A model generated the notes under the pieces. That model had not been told where the DNA came from. It searched no databases and saw only the letters and a list, made by a program, of their open reading frames with translations. Shown here piece by piece: positions 29,290 through 39,696 of a DNA stretch of 52,010 bases; the stretch's first letter is position 1; every line of letters begins with the position of its first letter. Both the position numbers and the translations under genes were made by a program. Origin of the DNA: Acidobacteriota bacterium (GTDB taxonomy: Bacteria; Acidobacteriota; Vicinamibacteria; Vicinamibacterales; CAVVIG01); contig JBKPDW010000561.1 in the NCBI GenBank assembly GCA_046728115.1, positions 1 to 52,010 of the forward strand. Reading direction: 5' to 3'.

Positions 29290-31071
29290 ATGAAACGCAT
29301 CGCATTTGCCGCCTCGCTTTTGATGCTCGCCTCCGCGTTGCCAACCGACGCGCTGGCGTCGGCCAAACAGCAAGCCCGAAGAGAACCGGATATGTGCGCC
29401 CCGCCGCCCGGGGCGCAGCCGCTCCTGCCGGCCAAGCTGCTGCCGGGAATGGGCATCACGAACGACTTTCCGGTCACGACGAGATCCGAGGACGCGCGCA
29501 AATTCTTCCTGCAAGGCGTCTCCCAGATTCACTCGTTCTGGTTCGTCGAATCGGAGCGGTCGTGCCTGCAGGCGCTGCAATACGACCCCGACATGGCGAT
29601 GGCGCACTGGTGCATCGCGCTGAGCGCGGCAGGTGACTATCGGCCCGCATTTCAGTTGCTGCGCAACGCCGCGAATGCCGGGGGGCCACGTGGCGGCGGC
29701 GCCGCGGCAGCGGACGCAGCCGGCGACACGGTTCAGCGGACTGCGAACGGCGCCGCCGTCAACCCGCAGATTCGCGCGCGCGAAGCCATCGCCAAAGCCA
29801 TGGCGCTCCGCGACAAGGTCACAGGACGCGAGCGACTCTACATCGAAGCGCAGGCCGCGCGCCGCACGCCTGGCAACAAGGACACCGCCGACGCCGCGTA
29901 TATCACTGGACTGCGAAAACTGGTCGCCGCATATCCCGACGATCTCGAAGCCAAGTCGATGCTGGGCCTCGCGCTCGACAACGGCTTCGATTCGGTCACC
30001 AAAGAGCCGCGCGAACATACGATGGAAGCGATCGGCCTGCTCGAAGAAGTTGTATCGAAAGACGATTCACGGTTCGGCGCGCACCACTACCTGATTCACG
30101 CGTGGGAGGGCAGCAAGACTCCGGAGAAGGCCTGGCATTCGACCGCGCGCTACGCGGGGTACGTCGTCGATATCCCGCACGCGGCGCACATGCCCGGACA
30201 CATCTACGCGCAGAGCGACAAGATTCAGGAAGCGATCTCGGCGTTTTCGGCCGCGGCGGCCATCGAGCGCAAGTGGATCGCATCCGATTCGCTGTACCCG
30301 ACAGGACATCACGGTCACAACGTGCACTTCCTGATTCATGCCCTGAATCTCGGCGGGCGCTATCAGGAGTCGTTGACCAACGCGCACGAGTTGCTGTCGT
30401 TCAAGGAGAACCCGCGCGAGCGCGGCGGCAACGTGCAGACCGGTCCGTGGCGGCAGGGCTATTTCGGACTCATCAAGACGCTGGTTCGCTTCGAGAAGTG
30501 GAACGAGATCCTCGACGGCACGACGATCCCCGCGTACTACAGGCCCGAGCAGAACGCGTGGCGTCACTGGGCGATGGGCCTCGCGTACGCAGCGACCGGG
30601 CAGATGGACCAGGCCAGGTCGATGCTGGCCGACATGCGCAAGGATCTCGACGGCGTGACGTCGACGAAGGAACCGATCAGCATCGGCACGCAGGAACTGG
30701 AGGCGGCGATCGCCGTCCGAAGCGGCGACCGAAAAAAGGGATACGAGCTGTTCCGCAAGGCGGCCGATCGCGAAGCGGCGATGCTTTACACCGAGCCGCC
30801 CTCGTATCCTCGTCCCGTGGCGGAAGGTTTTGCGAACGTCGCGCTGGCGATTGGCGATTTCGCGGCCGCCGAGAAGGAATACCGCGAAGCACTGACGCGC
30901 GAGCCGGGCAGCGGACGCGCGTTCTTCGGTCTCGCTGCAGCGCTCGATGGCCAGGGCAATACGACGGCTGGCCGAGCAGCACGCGAGCGCGCAGCGAAAG
31001 CGTGGGCCAGTGCCGACGCGGATTTGCCGCAGATGCGGACGCTGAAGGCGACGACTGCCGCCGGGCAGTAA
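29290..31071 (+). CDS. Secreted TPR-repeat protein
   Basis: Signal peptide; GAHHYLIH, HMPGHIY, HNVHFL conserved His motifs; helical repeats; AWA-AD tail; TATACT 7 nt before ATG. Confidence 0.78.
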   Translation: MKRIAFAASLLMLASALPTDALASAKQQARREPDMCAPPPGAQPLLPAKLLPGMGITNDFPVTTRSEDARKFFLQGVSQIHSFWFVESERSCLQALQYDPDMAMAHWCIALSAAGDYRPAFQLLRNAANAGGPRGGGAAAADAAGDTVQRTANGAAVNPQIRAREAIAKAMALRDKVTGRERLYIEAQAARRTPGNKDTADAAYITGLRKLVAAYPDDLEAKSMLGLALDNGFDSVTKEPREHTMEAIGLLEEVVSKDDSRFGAHHYLIHAWEGSKTPEKAWHSTARYAGYVVDIPHAAHMPGHIYAQSDKIQEAISAFSAAAAIERKWIASDSLYPTGHHGHNVHFLIHALNLGGRYQESLTNAHELLSFKENPRERGGNVQTGPWRQGYFGLIKTLVRFEKWNEILDGTTIPAYYRPEQNAWRHWAMGLAYAATGQMDQARSMLADMRKDLDGVTSTKEPISIGTQELEAAIAVRSGDRKKGYELFRKAADREAAMLYTEPPSYPRPVAEGFANVALAIGDFAAAEKEYREALTREPGSGRAFFGLAAALDGQGNTTAGRAARERAAKAWASADADLPQMRTLKATTAAGQ

Positions 31072-31074
31072 TGG

Positions 31075-31136
31075 TTGCTAATTGCGACTGCTGATTGCGC
31101 AATCAACCAGCAATTTGCACCCTGCAATCAGCAATT
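31075..31136. repeat. Heptamer tandem / inverted repeat element (TTGCTGA/CAGCAAT units) between convergent genes
   Basis: TTGCTAATTGCGACTGCTGATTG ... CAGCAAT TTGCACC CTGCAAT CAGCAATT; same unit as 5218-5299. Confidence 0.75.
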
Positions 31137-31140
31137 CTCG

Positions 31141-32018
31141 TTATTTCTCCAACACCGCCGCGACCAGATCTCCGAGCTGCCGCGGCGTGAAGTCCTTCCC
31201 TTCGACGGTCGCCGCGAGGTGGCCGTCGCGATCGATGACGGCCGTCTCGAGCGAGTGCGTGATCATCCCCTCTTCAGGCCAGTACTGAATGCCGAACGCG
31301 TTGCAGACGCGTTCGATCTTCGCGCTGTCGCCTGTCAGGAAATGCCATCCCGGTCCGCCTGCGCGATTGGACGCGGCATAGGCAGCGAGCATCTGCGGCG
31401 TGTCGTACGTCGGATCGAAGCTGATCGTCAGCAGCACCAGTTCACGATCCATCTGCGCCTGAAAGCGGCTGCGGATCGCCCGGAAATTTTCCACCATGCG
31501 CGGACAGTAGTCGGGCAGCGGGCACCGCGTGTAGATGAACGTAACGGCAACCACTCTGCCTTTGAGCGACGACAGGCTGACCGCGGCGCCGCTCTGATCG
31601 ACGAGATCGAAATCCGGCACGTGCGCGCCGACCGGAATCAGGACCGGGACCGACGGCGACTGCTGCAGCCCGGCGTCCACGGGCGCCGCCGAGATGACGT
31701 CGATGCGATCCACCCACGAACGATCGCTTGTGACCGACAGACGAAATCGTACGCGATCGCCCGGCGTGAGCTTCACGCGGCGCGCCTTCTCCTGGAGATC
31801 GAACGGCATGGCCATCGCGTCCATGAACTTTGGAACGGCGTCGTGGGAAATCGTGACCGATCGGGGCCGATCGACTCGGAGGACGAGGCCGGTCGTCGTG
31901 TAGTGCCGCGCGCAGCCCGAGCACAAAACAAATGCAACCACGACAACACGAAGCCGCGAACAGCCATCATCGCTCTTCTTCGTGTGTTCGGGCTCTCGTG
32001 GTCGCGTTTGAATTGCCC

Positions 32019-32022
<4 letters not shown>
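31141..32022 (-). CDS. CusF-like copper-binding domain + SCO1/SenC domain lipoprotein
   Basis: Lipobox CSGC; [16 protein letters not shown]; [13 protein letters not shown]; ISFDP-YDTP; ITHSL; probable GTG start overlapping the fbaB stop (start uncertain). Confidence 0.85.
31937..32002. repeat. Octamer (CACGAA-core) tandem / inverted repeat at the 5' end of the SCO gene
   Basis: ACCACGAC AACACGAA GCCGCGAA ... TTCGTGTG TTCGGGCT CTCGTGGT. Confidence 0.75.
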
Positions 32023-33092
<1,070 letters not shown>

Positions 33093-33128
33093 AACACCCT
33101 CGGCGGTTTGAACGTTCAAAAGGACCCA

Positions 33129-34310
33129 TTATCTTAACATCGGCGTTGCGCCTGGACAGCGGAACTGCTCGGTCACGGCGGCCTCTGTCGCAGCGCGCAC
33201 CATCTCCGCGATCGGCAGCGCGCGCTCCACCTGGGCGATATCTTCGGATTTTGCGCGGGTTTCAGGGTGCCGGGGAGTAAAGAGCGTACAGCAGTCCTGA
33301 TCGGGAATGATCGAGATGGGAAACGTGCCGATACGCCGGGCTTCGTCCACGATCTCGTCCTTGTCCATTCCAACGAGCGGCCGCAACACCTGCATCTGGG
33401 TCGCACCCGCGATCGCGGTCATGTTTTCCAGCGTTTGCGATGCAACCTGACCGATGACTTCTCCCGTGACGAGCGCGCGCGCGCGCCAGGTTCTCGCAAG
33501 CCGTTCGGCGATTCGCAGCATCAGGCGCCGATAGACGACGACCCGCAGTGCCGGCGGCACGGCCAGGACGACCTGTCGTTGAATCTCGCCAAATGCGACC
33601 AGCACGAGGCGCGACCGCAGTTGGTACGAGGTGAGCAACGCCGCAATTTCGCGCACTTTCTCCTGCGACGCGCGCGACAGAATCGGATAGCTGTGAAAGT
33701 GAATCAACAGCACCGAGCAGCCGCGACGCATCATCCGATAGGCCGCAACCGGAGAATCGATGCCGCCCGACAGGAGACACGCCACCCGGCCCCCCGTTCC
33801 GGTCGGCATGCCTCCGGCGCCGGGTTCCTTGCCGAAGAAATAGAACGCACCTTCCGGCAGCATCTCGACGTGAATCGTCAGCGCCGGATGGTCCAGATCG
33901 ACCCGCCATCCCTTCGCGAGCTTGATCATGCCGCCGACTTCACGCTCGACCTGGGGCGACGTGAACGGCAGCGTTTTGTCCGCGCGCGTAGCGGAAACCC
34001 GAAACGAATCCTGCTGACGATCGCCGAGGTCGGTCAGAATCGCAGCGGCCAGGCTCGAAAACTCGTGAGGTCCACGATTGGCGTTGGAGAAGTTCGCGAT
34101 TCCGAACACCTTTCGCAACCGCGCCCGCACCTCGTCCCAGGGTGCGTCTGGACCGAGCCCGATCTCGATGCGACCCATGATCGATCGAACCTTCACGATA
34201 GGAAGTCCGGCCAGCGCTGTCTCGATGTTGCGCACGAGCAGCCTGATGAACCAGGGGCGGTTCCTGCCCTTCAGCGCCAGCTCTTTGTAGTGGACAACGA
34301 TCGTGTTCAT
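33129..34310 (-). CDS. thiI: tRNA 4-thiouridine synthase ThiI (THUMP + PP-loop, no rhodanese domain)
   Basis: ELALKGRNR, SGGIDS, GQVASQT, RPL, DCC. Confidence 0.94.
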   Translation of the reverse strand: MNTIVVHYKELALKGRNRPWFIRLLVRNIETALAGLPIVKVRSIMGRIEIGLGPDAPWDEVRARLRKVFGIANFSNANRGPHEFSSLAAAILTDLGDRQQDSFRVSATRADKTLPFTSPQVEREVGGMIKLAKGWRVDLDHPALTIHVEMLPEGAFYFFGKEPGAGGMPTGTGGRVACLLSGGIDSPVAAYRMMRRGCSVLLIHFHSYPILSRASQEKVREIAALLTSYQLRSRLVLVAFGEIQRQVVLAVPPALRVVVYRRLMLRIAERLARTWRARALVTGEVIGQVASQTLENMTAIAGATQMQVLRPLVGMDKDEIVDEARRIGTFPISIIPDQDCCTLFTPRHPETRAKSEDIAQVERALPIAEMVRAATEAAVTEQFRCPGATPMLR

Positions 34311-34317
34311 TCAAGAT

Positions 34318-34430
34318 TTGGTAATCGGGCAATGGGGTAATCTGATAATTGATTGAGGGGTTGCGCGACGCGCGCCGCCCCGATCGCCCAATCAACGACC
34401 CAATTCAATTACGTTACCCGATTACCCGAT
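34318..34430. repeat. Octamer tandem / inverted repeat element (GGGTAAT/ATTACCC core)
   Basis: TTGGTAAT CGGGCAAT GGGGTAAT CTGATAAT TGATTG ... CAATCAAC...CAATTACG TTACCCG ATTACCCGAT; overlaps hpnE stop. Confidence 0.75.
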
Positions 34431-35768
34431 GCAGCAGTCAGCCGCCCTGTGTCCCGATCGGACTGCAGACTCGATAGTGGCCGGCAGTCCGGTATCGATC
34501 CAGTCGCCGGCCAGGCAGAAGCCGCGCACTCCAGTCTCCGTTTGCGGTCGCGGCGGCTGACCGGGCGCGAGTGAAAACGTTGCTCGGGGCTCGCGAACAA
34601 CGCTTGCCCGCACGACTCTGGCCGATCGGACGTGCGGCAGCGCAGACATCAGCTCTTCGATCGCCGTTGCCACGACATCCTCGTTCGTCCGGTGGAGCAT
34701 CGGCTCGGCACCGCTCGAGACGAGCGAGAGGTGGCCGGGCTCGCCAGTGCCGAAGATCGCTCCTTTGTCAAAGACCCATTGCATCGCGCGTCCAGGCAGT
34801 CCGACGAACGACTCGTCGAGCACGCGCCGATCGAGCCAGAGATTCACCGTGACGATCGGCGACGAAGCCATCTGCCTGGCACGTTCCACGACCGGCCCGA
34901 GCGCCGGCGGAACGGCGTCGAACAAATCGGACAGCGCGAACCACGGGACCGCGGAAATCACACGAGCGGCATTCCACACTGCGCCGTCGGCCTCGACGGC
35001 GGCGACAGTGTCGCCGTCAACTCTCACCTTCGCCATCGCGCCGGCGCGAACGTGCCCGCCGCCAGCCGTAATGTAGTTTCGCGCGGGTTCGGCATACATC
35101 TGGTCGAGCGGCTTCGTCGGCAGTGCGACTGCAGCGGCGCGCGAATCGGCGCCGAACATTTCGGCGAGCACCCTGGCAAACGTTGGCGCTGCAGCCTGTT
35201 GAGGGGGCTGATTGAGGGCCGCGAGCGCCAGCGGGTTCCACAGCATTTCACGAATTCGGGCTGACTGGCCGTGATGGACGAGAAAGCTCTCGACGGTTTC
35301 GCCCGGCGAGGCCGCTTGCAGTTTCGAGCCCGGCGTCAATGCCTTTCGAGCCAGACGAAGCGGGCCGGCCATGCCCAGCACGCTCAAGCGATCGTTCCAT
35401 GAAAGCCCGTCCCAATCGAGCACGCCCGCGAGCAGGTGCAGAGGCGGCGGCAGGCTGGGACACACGAGCCGCGACCGGCGGCCATGCCGGTCGATCATCG
35501 TGACGGCAAGCTGCGGCTGGATGCTCACATTGCCGACGGCGTCGATTTCGCCAAGAAACGCGAAGGTCTCGGTGTAGCAGCCGAGCAGCACGTGCTGACC
35601 GTTGTCCACGACGTCACCGGTGTCGCGATCCGGAAATGCCGTGGCGCGCCCGCCGAGCCGCGACTTCGCTTCGAGCACGAGAACACGTGCTCCACGGGAG
35701 GTCAGGCGCACGGCAGCGCTCAGACCAGCCCAGCCGGCTCCGATAACGATCACATCGTAGTCAGTCAT
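34422..35768 (-). CDS. hpnE: Hydroxysqualene dehydroxylase
   Basis: GAGWAG FAD motif, DNGQHVLLGCY, LAGDW-DTGLPATIESAVRSG; follows hpnCD. Confidence 0.92.
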   Translation of the reverse strand: MTDYDVIVIGAGWAGLSAAVRLTSRGARVLVLEAKSRLGGRATAFPDRDTGDVVDNGQHVLLGCYTETFAFLGEIDAVGNVSIQPQLAVTMIDRHGRRSRLVCPSLPPPLHLLAGVLDWDGLSWNDRLSVLGMAGPLRLARKALTPGSKLQAASPGETVESFLVHHGQSARIREMLWNPLALAALNQPPQQAAAPTFARVLAEMFGADSRAAAVALPTKPLDQMYAEPARNYITAGGGHVRAGAMAKVRVDGDTVAAVEADGAVWNAARVISAVPWFALSDLFDAVPPALGPVVERARQMASSPIVTVNLWLDRRVLDESFVGLPGRAMQWVFDKGAIFGTGEPGHLSLVSSGAEPMLHRTNEDVVATAIEELMSALPHVRSARVVRASVVREPRATFSLAPGQPPRPQTETGVRGFCLAGDWIDTGLPATIESAVRSGHRAADCCIG

Positions 35769-36583
35769 ACGGGGAACAGCCATTGTCGGAGCGCGATGAT
35801 TGCTTGCTTCGGCCGAGGCACGCGCAATCCTGGATTGAAGACATCGTAATCGCTCCGCTCGATACGGCGAAGCGTTTCGAAGTACACGGCACGCATGATT
35901 TCGGCGGCGACGAGCCGCTTCCGGTCAGCCGGCGGCAGCGCGGTGCGGGCGCGCGCGTAGAAGTCGTGCGCGCGACGACACTCGAATGCCACGACTCGCC
36001 GCACCGGCTCTGTCGCCACTTCCGTTTGCAGATCCTCGATGCTGCACCCGCATTCCGCAAGATCCGCAAGGGGAAGATATACGCGGTCGCGCCCGAGATC
36101 GTCCTTGATGTCGCGCAGGATGTTGGTCAGCTGCAACGCCACGCCCAGATTCAGCGCGTACTCCGACGCGCGCGGATCCCGACAGCCGAAGATGCGAATG
36201 CAGATAAGTCCCACCGCCGACGCGACGCGCCGGCAGTATTCCAGCAGGTCGTCGAAGGTCGCGTATCTGCTGGTATGCAGGTCCATCGCCACGCCGTCGA
36301 TCACATCGTCGAACGCGTGCCGCGGAAGGCCGAAGCGCGCGACCAGCGGCTGAAGATTCAGACCCTGCTTGGTACAGGGTCTGCCTCCGTCGAAACAGCG
36401 CGCCAGTTCTGCTCTCCAGAACGCCACCGCTGCCCGCCCCGATGGTAATCCGGCTACCGCCATCGGCTGCTCGTCCACGGCATCGTCGACGGCACGGCAG
36501 AAATCCCACACCGTGATCATCGCGCGCCGCTGCTCGGCCGGCAGGACGAGGAACGAGTAATAGAAGCTGGTGCTTCGGGGCAT
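35765..36583 (-). CDS. hpnD: Presqualene diphosphate synthase
   Basis: TSFYYSF, FCRAVDDAVD, YCRRVASAVG, LQLTNILRD; ATGA overlaps on both sides. Confidence 0.9.
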   Translation of the reverse strand: MPRSTSFYYSFLVLPAEQRRAMITVWDFCRAVDDAVDEQPMAVAGLPSGRAAVAFWRAELARCFDGGRPCTKQGLNLQPLVARFGLPRHAFDDVIDGVAMDLHTSRYATFDDLLEYCRRVASAVGLICIRIFGCRDPRASEYALNLGVALQLTNILRDIKDDLGRDRVYLPLADLAECGCSIEDLQTEVATEPVRRVVAFECRRAHDFYARARTALPPADRKRLVAAEIMRAVYFETLRRIERSDYDVFNPGLRVPRPKQAIIALRQWLFPV

Positions 36584-37473
36584 CAGGCCCGCGACCAGCG
36601 CGCGGCACCCCAGAGGATCGCCGGGAGATCGGCGACGCCGAGCGTCGGCCGATACGAAAGAAGGTCGCGACGCGCGCGGTCGGTGCGATCGAGGACGCGA
36701 CGCCCTCCGAGCCACGTGAAGCGCAGCTCGTACCGGAGGCGGCCGGTGACCGCATCACACACGGCGCGGCCATCGGCAAACAGCTTGCGTGTGACGACGA
36801 CGCATTCGCCGACGGCGCACGTCCAGGCGGCGTTCAGGTGCGACGATTGCAGTTCGGCTTCGTTTGCTCCGCACGCCGTCTGCACGTCGATCGGGATGTA
36901 CAGGCGTCCGGCCCGCCAGTCGCGACCGAAATCCTGCCAGAAGTTCGTCAACTGGAGCGCCGTGCACAACGCATCGGACGAGCGGTCGATCGCCTCGCCG
37001 CGGTAGCCGGCGACGCGCAGCACGAGCCGACCGATGGGATTCGCAGATCGGCGACAGTAATCGAACACGTGGCTCCACGAAACGTACCGGGTGGTCATGG
37101 TATCCTGCTCGAACGCGCTGACGAGATCGTCGAACAACGCGATGGGCAGATCGAGCGCGCGAATCGAGTGCGCCACCGCGGTCATGATCAAGTCGCCGTG
37201 ATCGGCCGGCGGTTCCGACGGCCGGTCGATGTCGATCGCGTTGTGTAGCCGCCGTCGCCACGCGTCGAGAGCGGCCCGCCGTTCCGCGGCCGGCGTGGTT
37301 CCTTCGTCGGCGATATCGTCGGCCACGCGCGCGAACGCGTAAATTGCAGCAACGTGCGAACGCATCGGCGCCGGCAGCAGGCGCGACGCCACCGGAAAGT
37401 TCTCGTAGTGCGATTGCGCCAAGGCCTCGCATGCCGCGTACGCCTGCGCCAGCCACTCGGGCTCGTGAGACAC
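36583..37473 (-). CDS. hpnC: Squalene synthase HpnC (hydroxysqualene synthase)
   Basis: HYENFPVAS, ADDIADEG, YCRRSANPIGR, LQLTNFWQD; TAAAAT 6 nt before GTG. Confidence 0.93.
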   Translation of the reverse strand: MSHEPEWLAQAYAACEALAQSHYENFPVASRLLPAPMRSHVAAIYAFARVADDIADEGTTPAAERRAALDAWRRRLHNAIDIDRPSEPPADHGDLIMTAVAHSIRALDLPIALFDDLVSAFEQDTMTTRYVSWSHVFDYCRRSANPIGRLVLRVAGYRGEAIDRSSDALCTALQLTNFWQDFGRDWRAGRLYIPIDVQTACGANEAELQSSHLNAAWTCAVGECVVVTRKLFADGRAVCDAVTGRLRYELRFTWLGGRRVLDRTDRARRDLLSYRPTLGVADLPAILWGAARWSRA

Positions 37474-37495
37474 CGCGGCATTTTACGCCCCTCTG

Positions 37496-37996
37496 ATGCG
37501 TGATTTCATCGCCGCTCTCGTCGCGCTCGCGCTGCTGTTCGCGGCCGCGAAGCTTGCGACGACGCTGCAGGCCTATCGCCGGCGGCGCCAGCGCGCACAC
37601 GACTCCGAAAAGGCGCTCGGTCGCACGATTGTCGCGGAGATCCCCGGGGATGCTGATCTGCGGTTGTTCACGGAAGATCGCGTTCGCTTCTACTACGGCG
37701 ATCGCTCGATTGACAAAGATCTGATCGTCGCCGTCCGCGTGCTGATCAATGGCGCGCCGATCGCCGCTTATGAGTCGCAGTGGCATGGCCGCGCCACGCG
37801 CCGGCAGGCCACCAGCTTCGAGGACCGGCCCGAAGGCATTGCGCGCGACAGGTGGGATATCGCCATAGAGACCGTGACGGGTACGACGCTCGTGGAGTGC
37901 GGTGCGATCCGGGAGCGCGTGTCGCAGGAGTTGGCGAGAATCGTTTTCGATGCGGTGAAGAGAGAGCTGGAGAAACGAGATGCTGAAACGAAATGA
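37496..37996 (+). CDS. Hypothetical membrane-anchored protein
   Basis: N-terminal TM helix, plausible codon usage, fills the gap between hpnC and pduO. Confidence 0.65.
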   Translation: MRDFIAALVALALLFAAAKLATTLQAYRRRRQRAHDSEKALGRTIVAEIPGDADLRLFTEDRVRFYYGDRSIDKDLIVAVRVLINGAPIAAYESQWHGRATRRQATSFEDRPEGIARDRWDIAIETVTGTTLVECGAIRERVSQELARIVFDAVKRELEKRDAETK

Positions 37997-38014
37997 CGGG
38001 TCGAACGACCTTCG

Positions 38015-38041
38015 ACGCGGAGTCCGCAGAGCACGCAGAGA
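38015..38041. repeat. Nonamer tandem repeat (ACGCAGAG-like x3), apparent half element
   Basis: ACGCGGAGT CCGCAGAGC ACGCAGAGA between convergent genes. Confidence 0.5.
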
Positions 38042-38057
38042 TACTTGCGCGACGGCC

Positions 38058-38594
38058 CTACCACTCAATCTCAGACATTCCGGCTCGATGATTGACGACG
38101 CGCGCAAGCACGAACAGCAGATCCGACAACCGATTGATGTATCGCAGCAGCACGGGATCGACCGGCGGGTCCAGCGCAACCATGCGGCGTTCCGCCCGGC
38201 GGCAGACCGTTCGGGCGAGGTGCAGCATCGCGCCTGCCCTCGACCCGCCAGGCAGAATGAAACGCTTCAGGGGCGGCAGCTCCACATCGAATCGATCGAT
38301 CGCGTGCTCGATCCGTGTCACGTCGTTGTCGCTCACAAAGGCTTTGACGATGGTCGGCTCGAGCTTCTCGGACGGATCGGCCAGCTGGGCACCGAGCGCG
38401 AACAGATCGCGTTGAATCGGTGACAGAATTCCCAGAAGATCCGCGTCCAGTTCTGACGTGCAGGCCACGCCCAGCAGAGCATTCAACTCATCGACCTCGC
38501 CGTACGCGTCAACGCGCGCATCGTCCTTTCGCACGCGCGTGCCGCCGACGAGCGACGTCTGGCCCGAATCGCCGGTTCGCGTGTAGATTTTCAC
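38058..38594 (-). CDS. pduO: ATP:cob(I)alamin adenosyltransferase, PduO type
   Basis: KIYTRTGD-G-T, YGEVDELN, FILPGG, RTVCRRAER, NRLSDLLF. Confidence 0.93.
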   Translation of the reverse strand: MKIYTRTGDSGQTSLVGGTRVRKDDARVDAYGEVDELNALLGVACTSELDADLLGILSPIQRDLFALGAQLADPSEKLEPTIVKAFVSDNDVTRIEHAIDRFDVELPPLKRFILPGGSRAGAMLHLARTVCRRAERRMVALDPPVDPVLLRYINRLSDLLFVLARVVNHRAGMSEIEW

Positions 38595-38608
38595 GGTAGC
38601 CCGAGTAT

Positions 38609-39292
38609 ATGCGCAAGCCCGGACACCTGCCGACACCCGCGCCGCCCGATCGCCGTCGCTTCCGCCGTCGCCTGCTCGCATGGTATCGCCAGCATGGCCG
38701 GGACCTTCCGTGGCGCAAGACCGACGACCCGTATCACATCCTCGTCTCTGAAATCATGCTGCAGCAGACGCAGGTGGACCGCGTGCTCCCCAAATACGCC
38801 GAGTGGATCGAGAAGTATCCGTCGCTCCACGCGCTCGCAGCGGCCTCAGAGGCGGATGTCGCAGCAACGTGGCGCCCGCTCGGCTACAACATCCGGCCGC
38901 GCCGGCTGCAATCGATCGCGCGGGAATCCGTCGCGAACTACGGCGGTGCGTTGCCATCTGACGAAGCCACGCTGCGTTCGTTCAAAGGCATCGGTGCGTA
39001 CACGGCCGGCGCGATCCGAAGCTTTGCGTTCCGCGAGCGGGCCGCCATCCTCGACACCAACGTCGCGCGCGTGCTGTACCGTGTATTCGTCGGGCGGGGC
39101 GATCCCAAGAGCCACGCGATGAAGCGACACCTCTGGTCGGTATCGGACATGCTGGTCCCGTCACGGCAGGTGTTCGACTTCAATCAGGCTTTGATGGACT
39201 TCGGCGCGATGGTCTGCATCGCTCGCAATCCGCGGTGCCTGGTGTGTCCGATGGCCAAGGACTGTGCATGGCGCAGGACGAACGAGACCTGA
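38609..39292 (+). CDS. mutY: A/G-specific adenine glycosylase, catalytic domain only
   Basis: GRDLPWR, SEIMLQQTQV, GIGAYTA, DTNVARV, NQALMDFGA, C-X6-C-X2-C-X5-C. Confidence 0.9.
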   Translation: MRKPGHLPTPAPPDRRRFRRRLLAWYRQHGRDLPWRKTDDPYHILVSEIMLQQTQVDRVLPKYAEWIEKYPSLHALAAASEADVAATWRPLGYNIRPRRLQSIARESVANYGGALPSDEATLRSFKGIGAYTAGAIRSFAFRERAAILDTNVARVLYRVFVGRGDPKSHAMKRHLWSVSDMLVPSRQVFDFNQALMDFGAMVCIARNPRCLVCPMAKDCAWRRTNET

Positions 39293-39696
39293 GTGGGCAT
39301 CAGAAGCCGACGATCGTCGTCACGGCCGCCGTTGTGGAACGCAACGGCTTGTTCCTGATCGCGCGTCGGCAGAAGGGCGTCCACCTCGAAGGCTACTGGG
39401 AGTTCCCTGGCGGCAAATGCTCGGATGGCGAATCGCTGGCCGCCTGCCTCATCCGCGAGTTGAGAGAAGAGCTCGATGTCGACGCGTGCATCGGGAACGA
39501 AATCTTCGCGACGAGGCATGCCTACGCGGACCGGCACGTCGAGCTGCATTTCATGCGGTGCGAGCTGCACGGAACGCCACGCCCGCTAGTCGGTCAGGAG
39601 CTGCGATGGGTGTCGCGACAGGAGCTTGCCCGTCTGGATTTTCCACCTGCTGACGCCGAGCTGATCGACAGGCTCACACGAACGGCAACGCCGTGA
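39268..39696 (+). CDS. mutT: MutT/NudG-like (d)NTP pyrophosphohydrolase
   Basis: WEFPGGK...GES...LIRELREEL Nudix box; FPPAD tail; start uncertain. Confidence 0.82.
   Translation: MAQDERDLSGHQKPTIVVTAAVVERNGLFLIARRQKGVHLEGYWEFPGGKCSDGESLAACLIRELREELDVDACIGNEIFATRHAYADRHVELHFMRCELHGTPRPLVGQELRWVSRQELARLDFPPADAELIDRLTRTATP

Noticed and set aside
34422-37473. hpnCDE without squalene-hopene cyclase as a novel terpene pathway
   Set aside because: Hopanoid genes are often dispersed; absence from one window is uninformative
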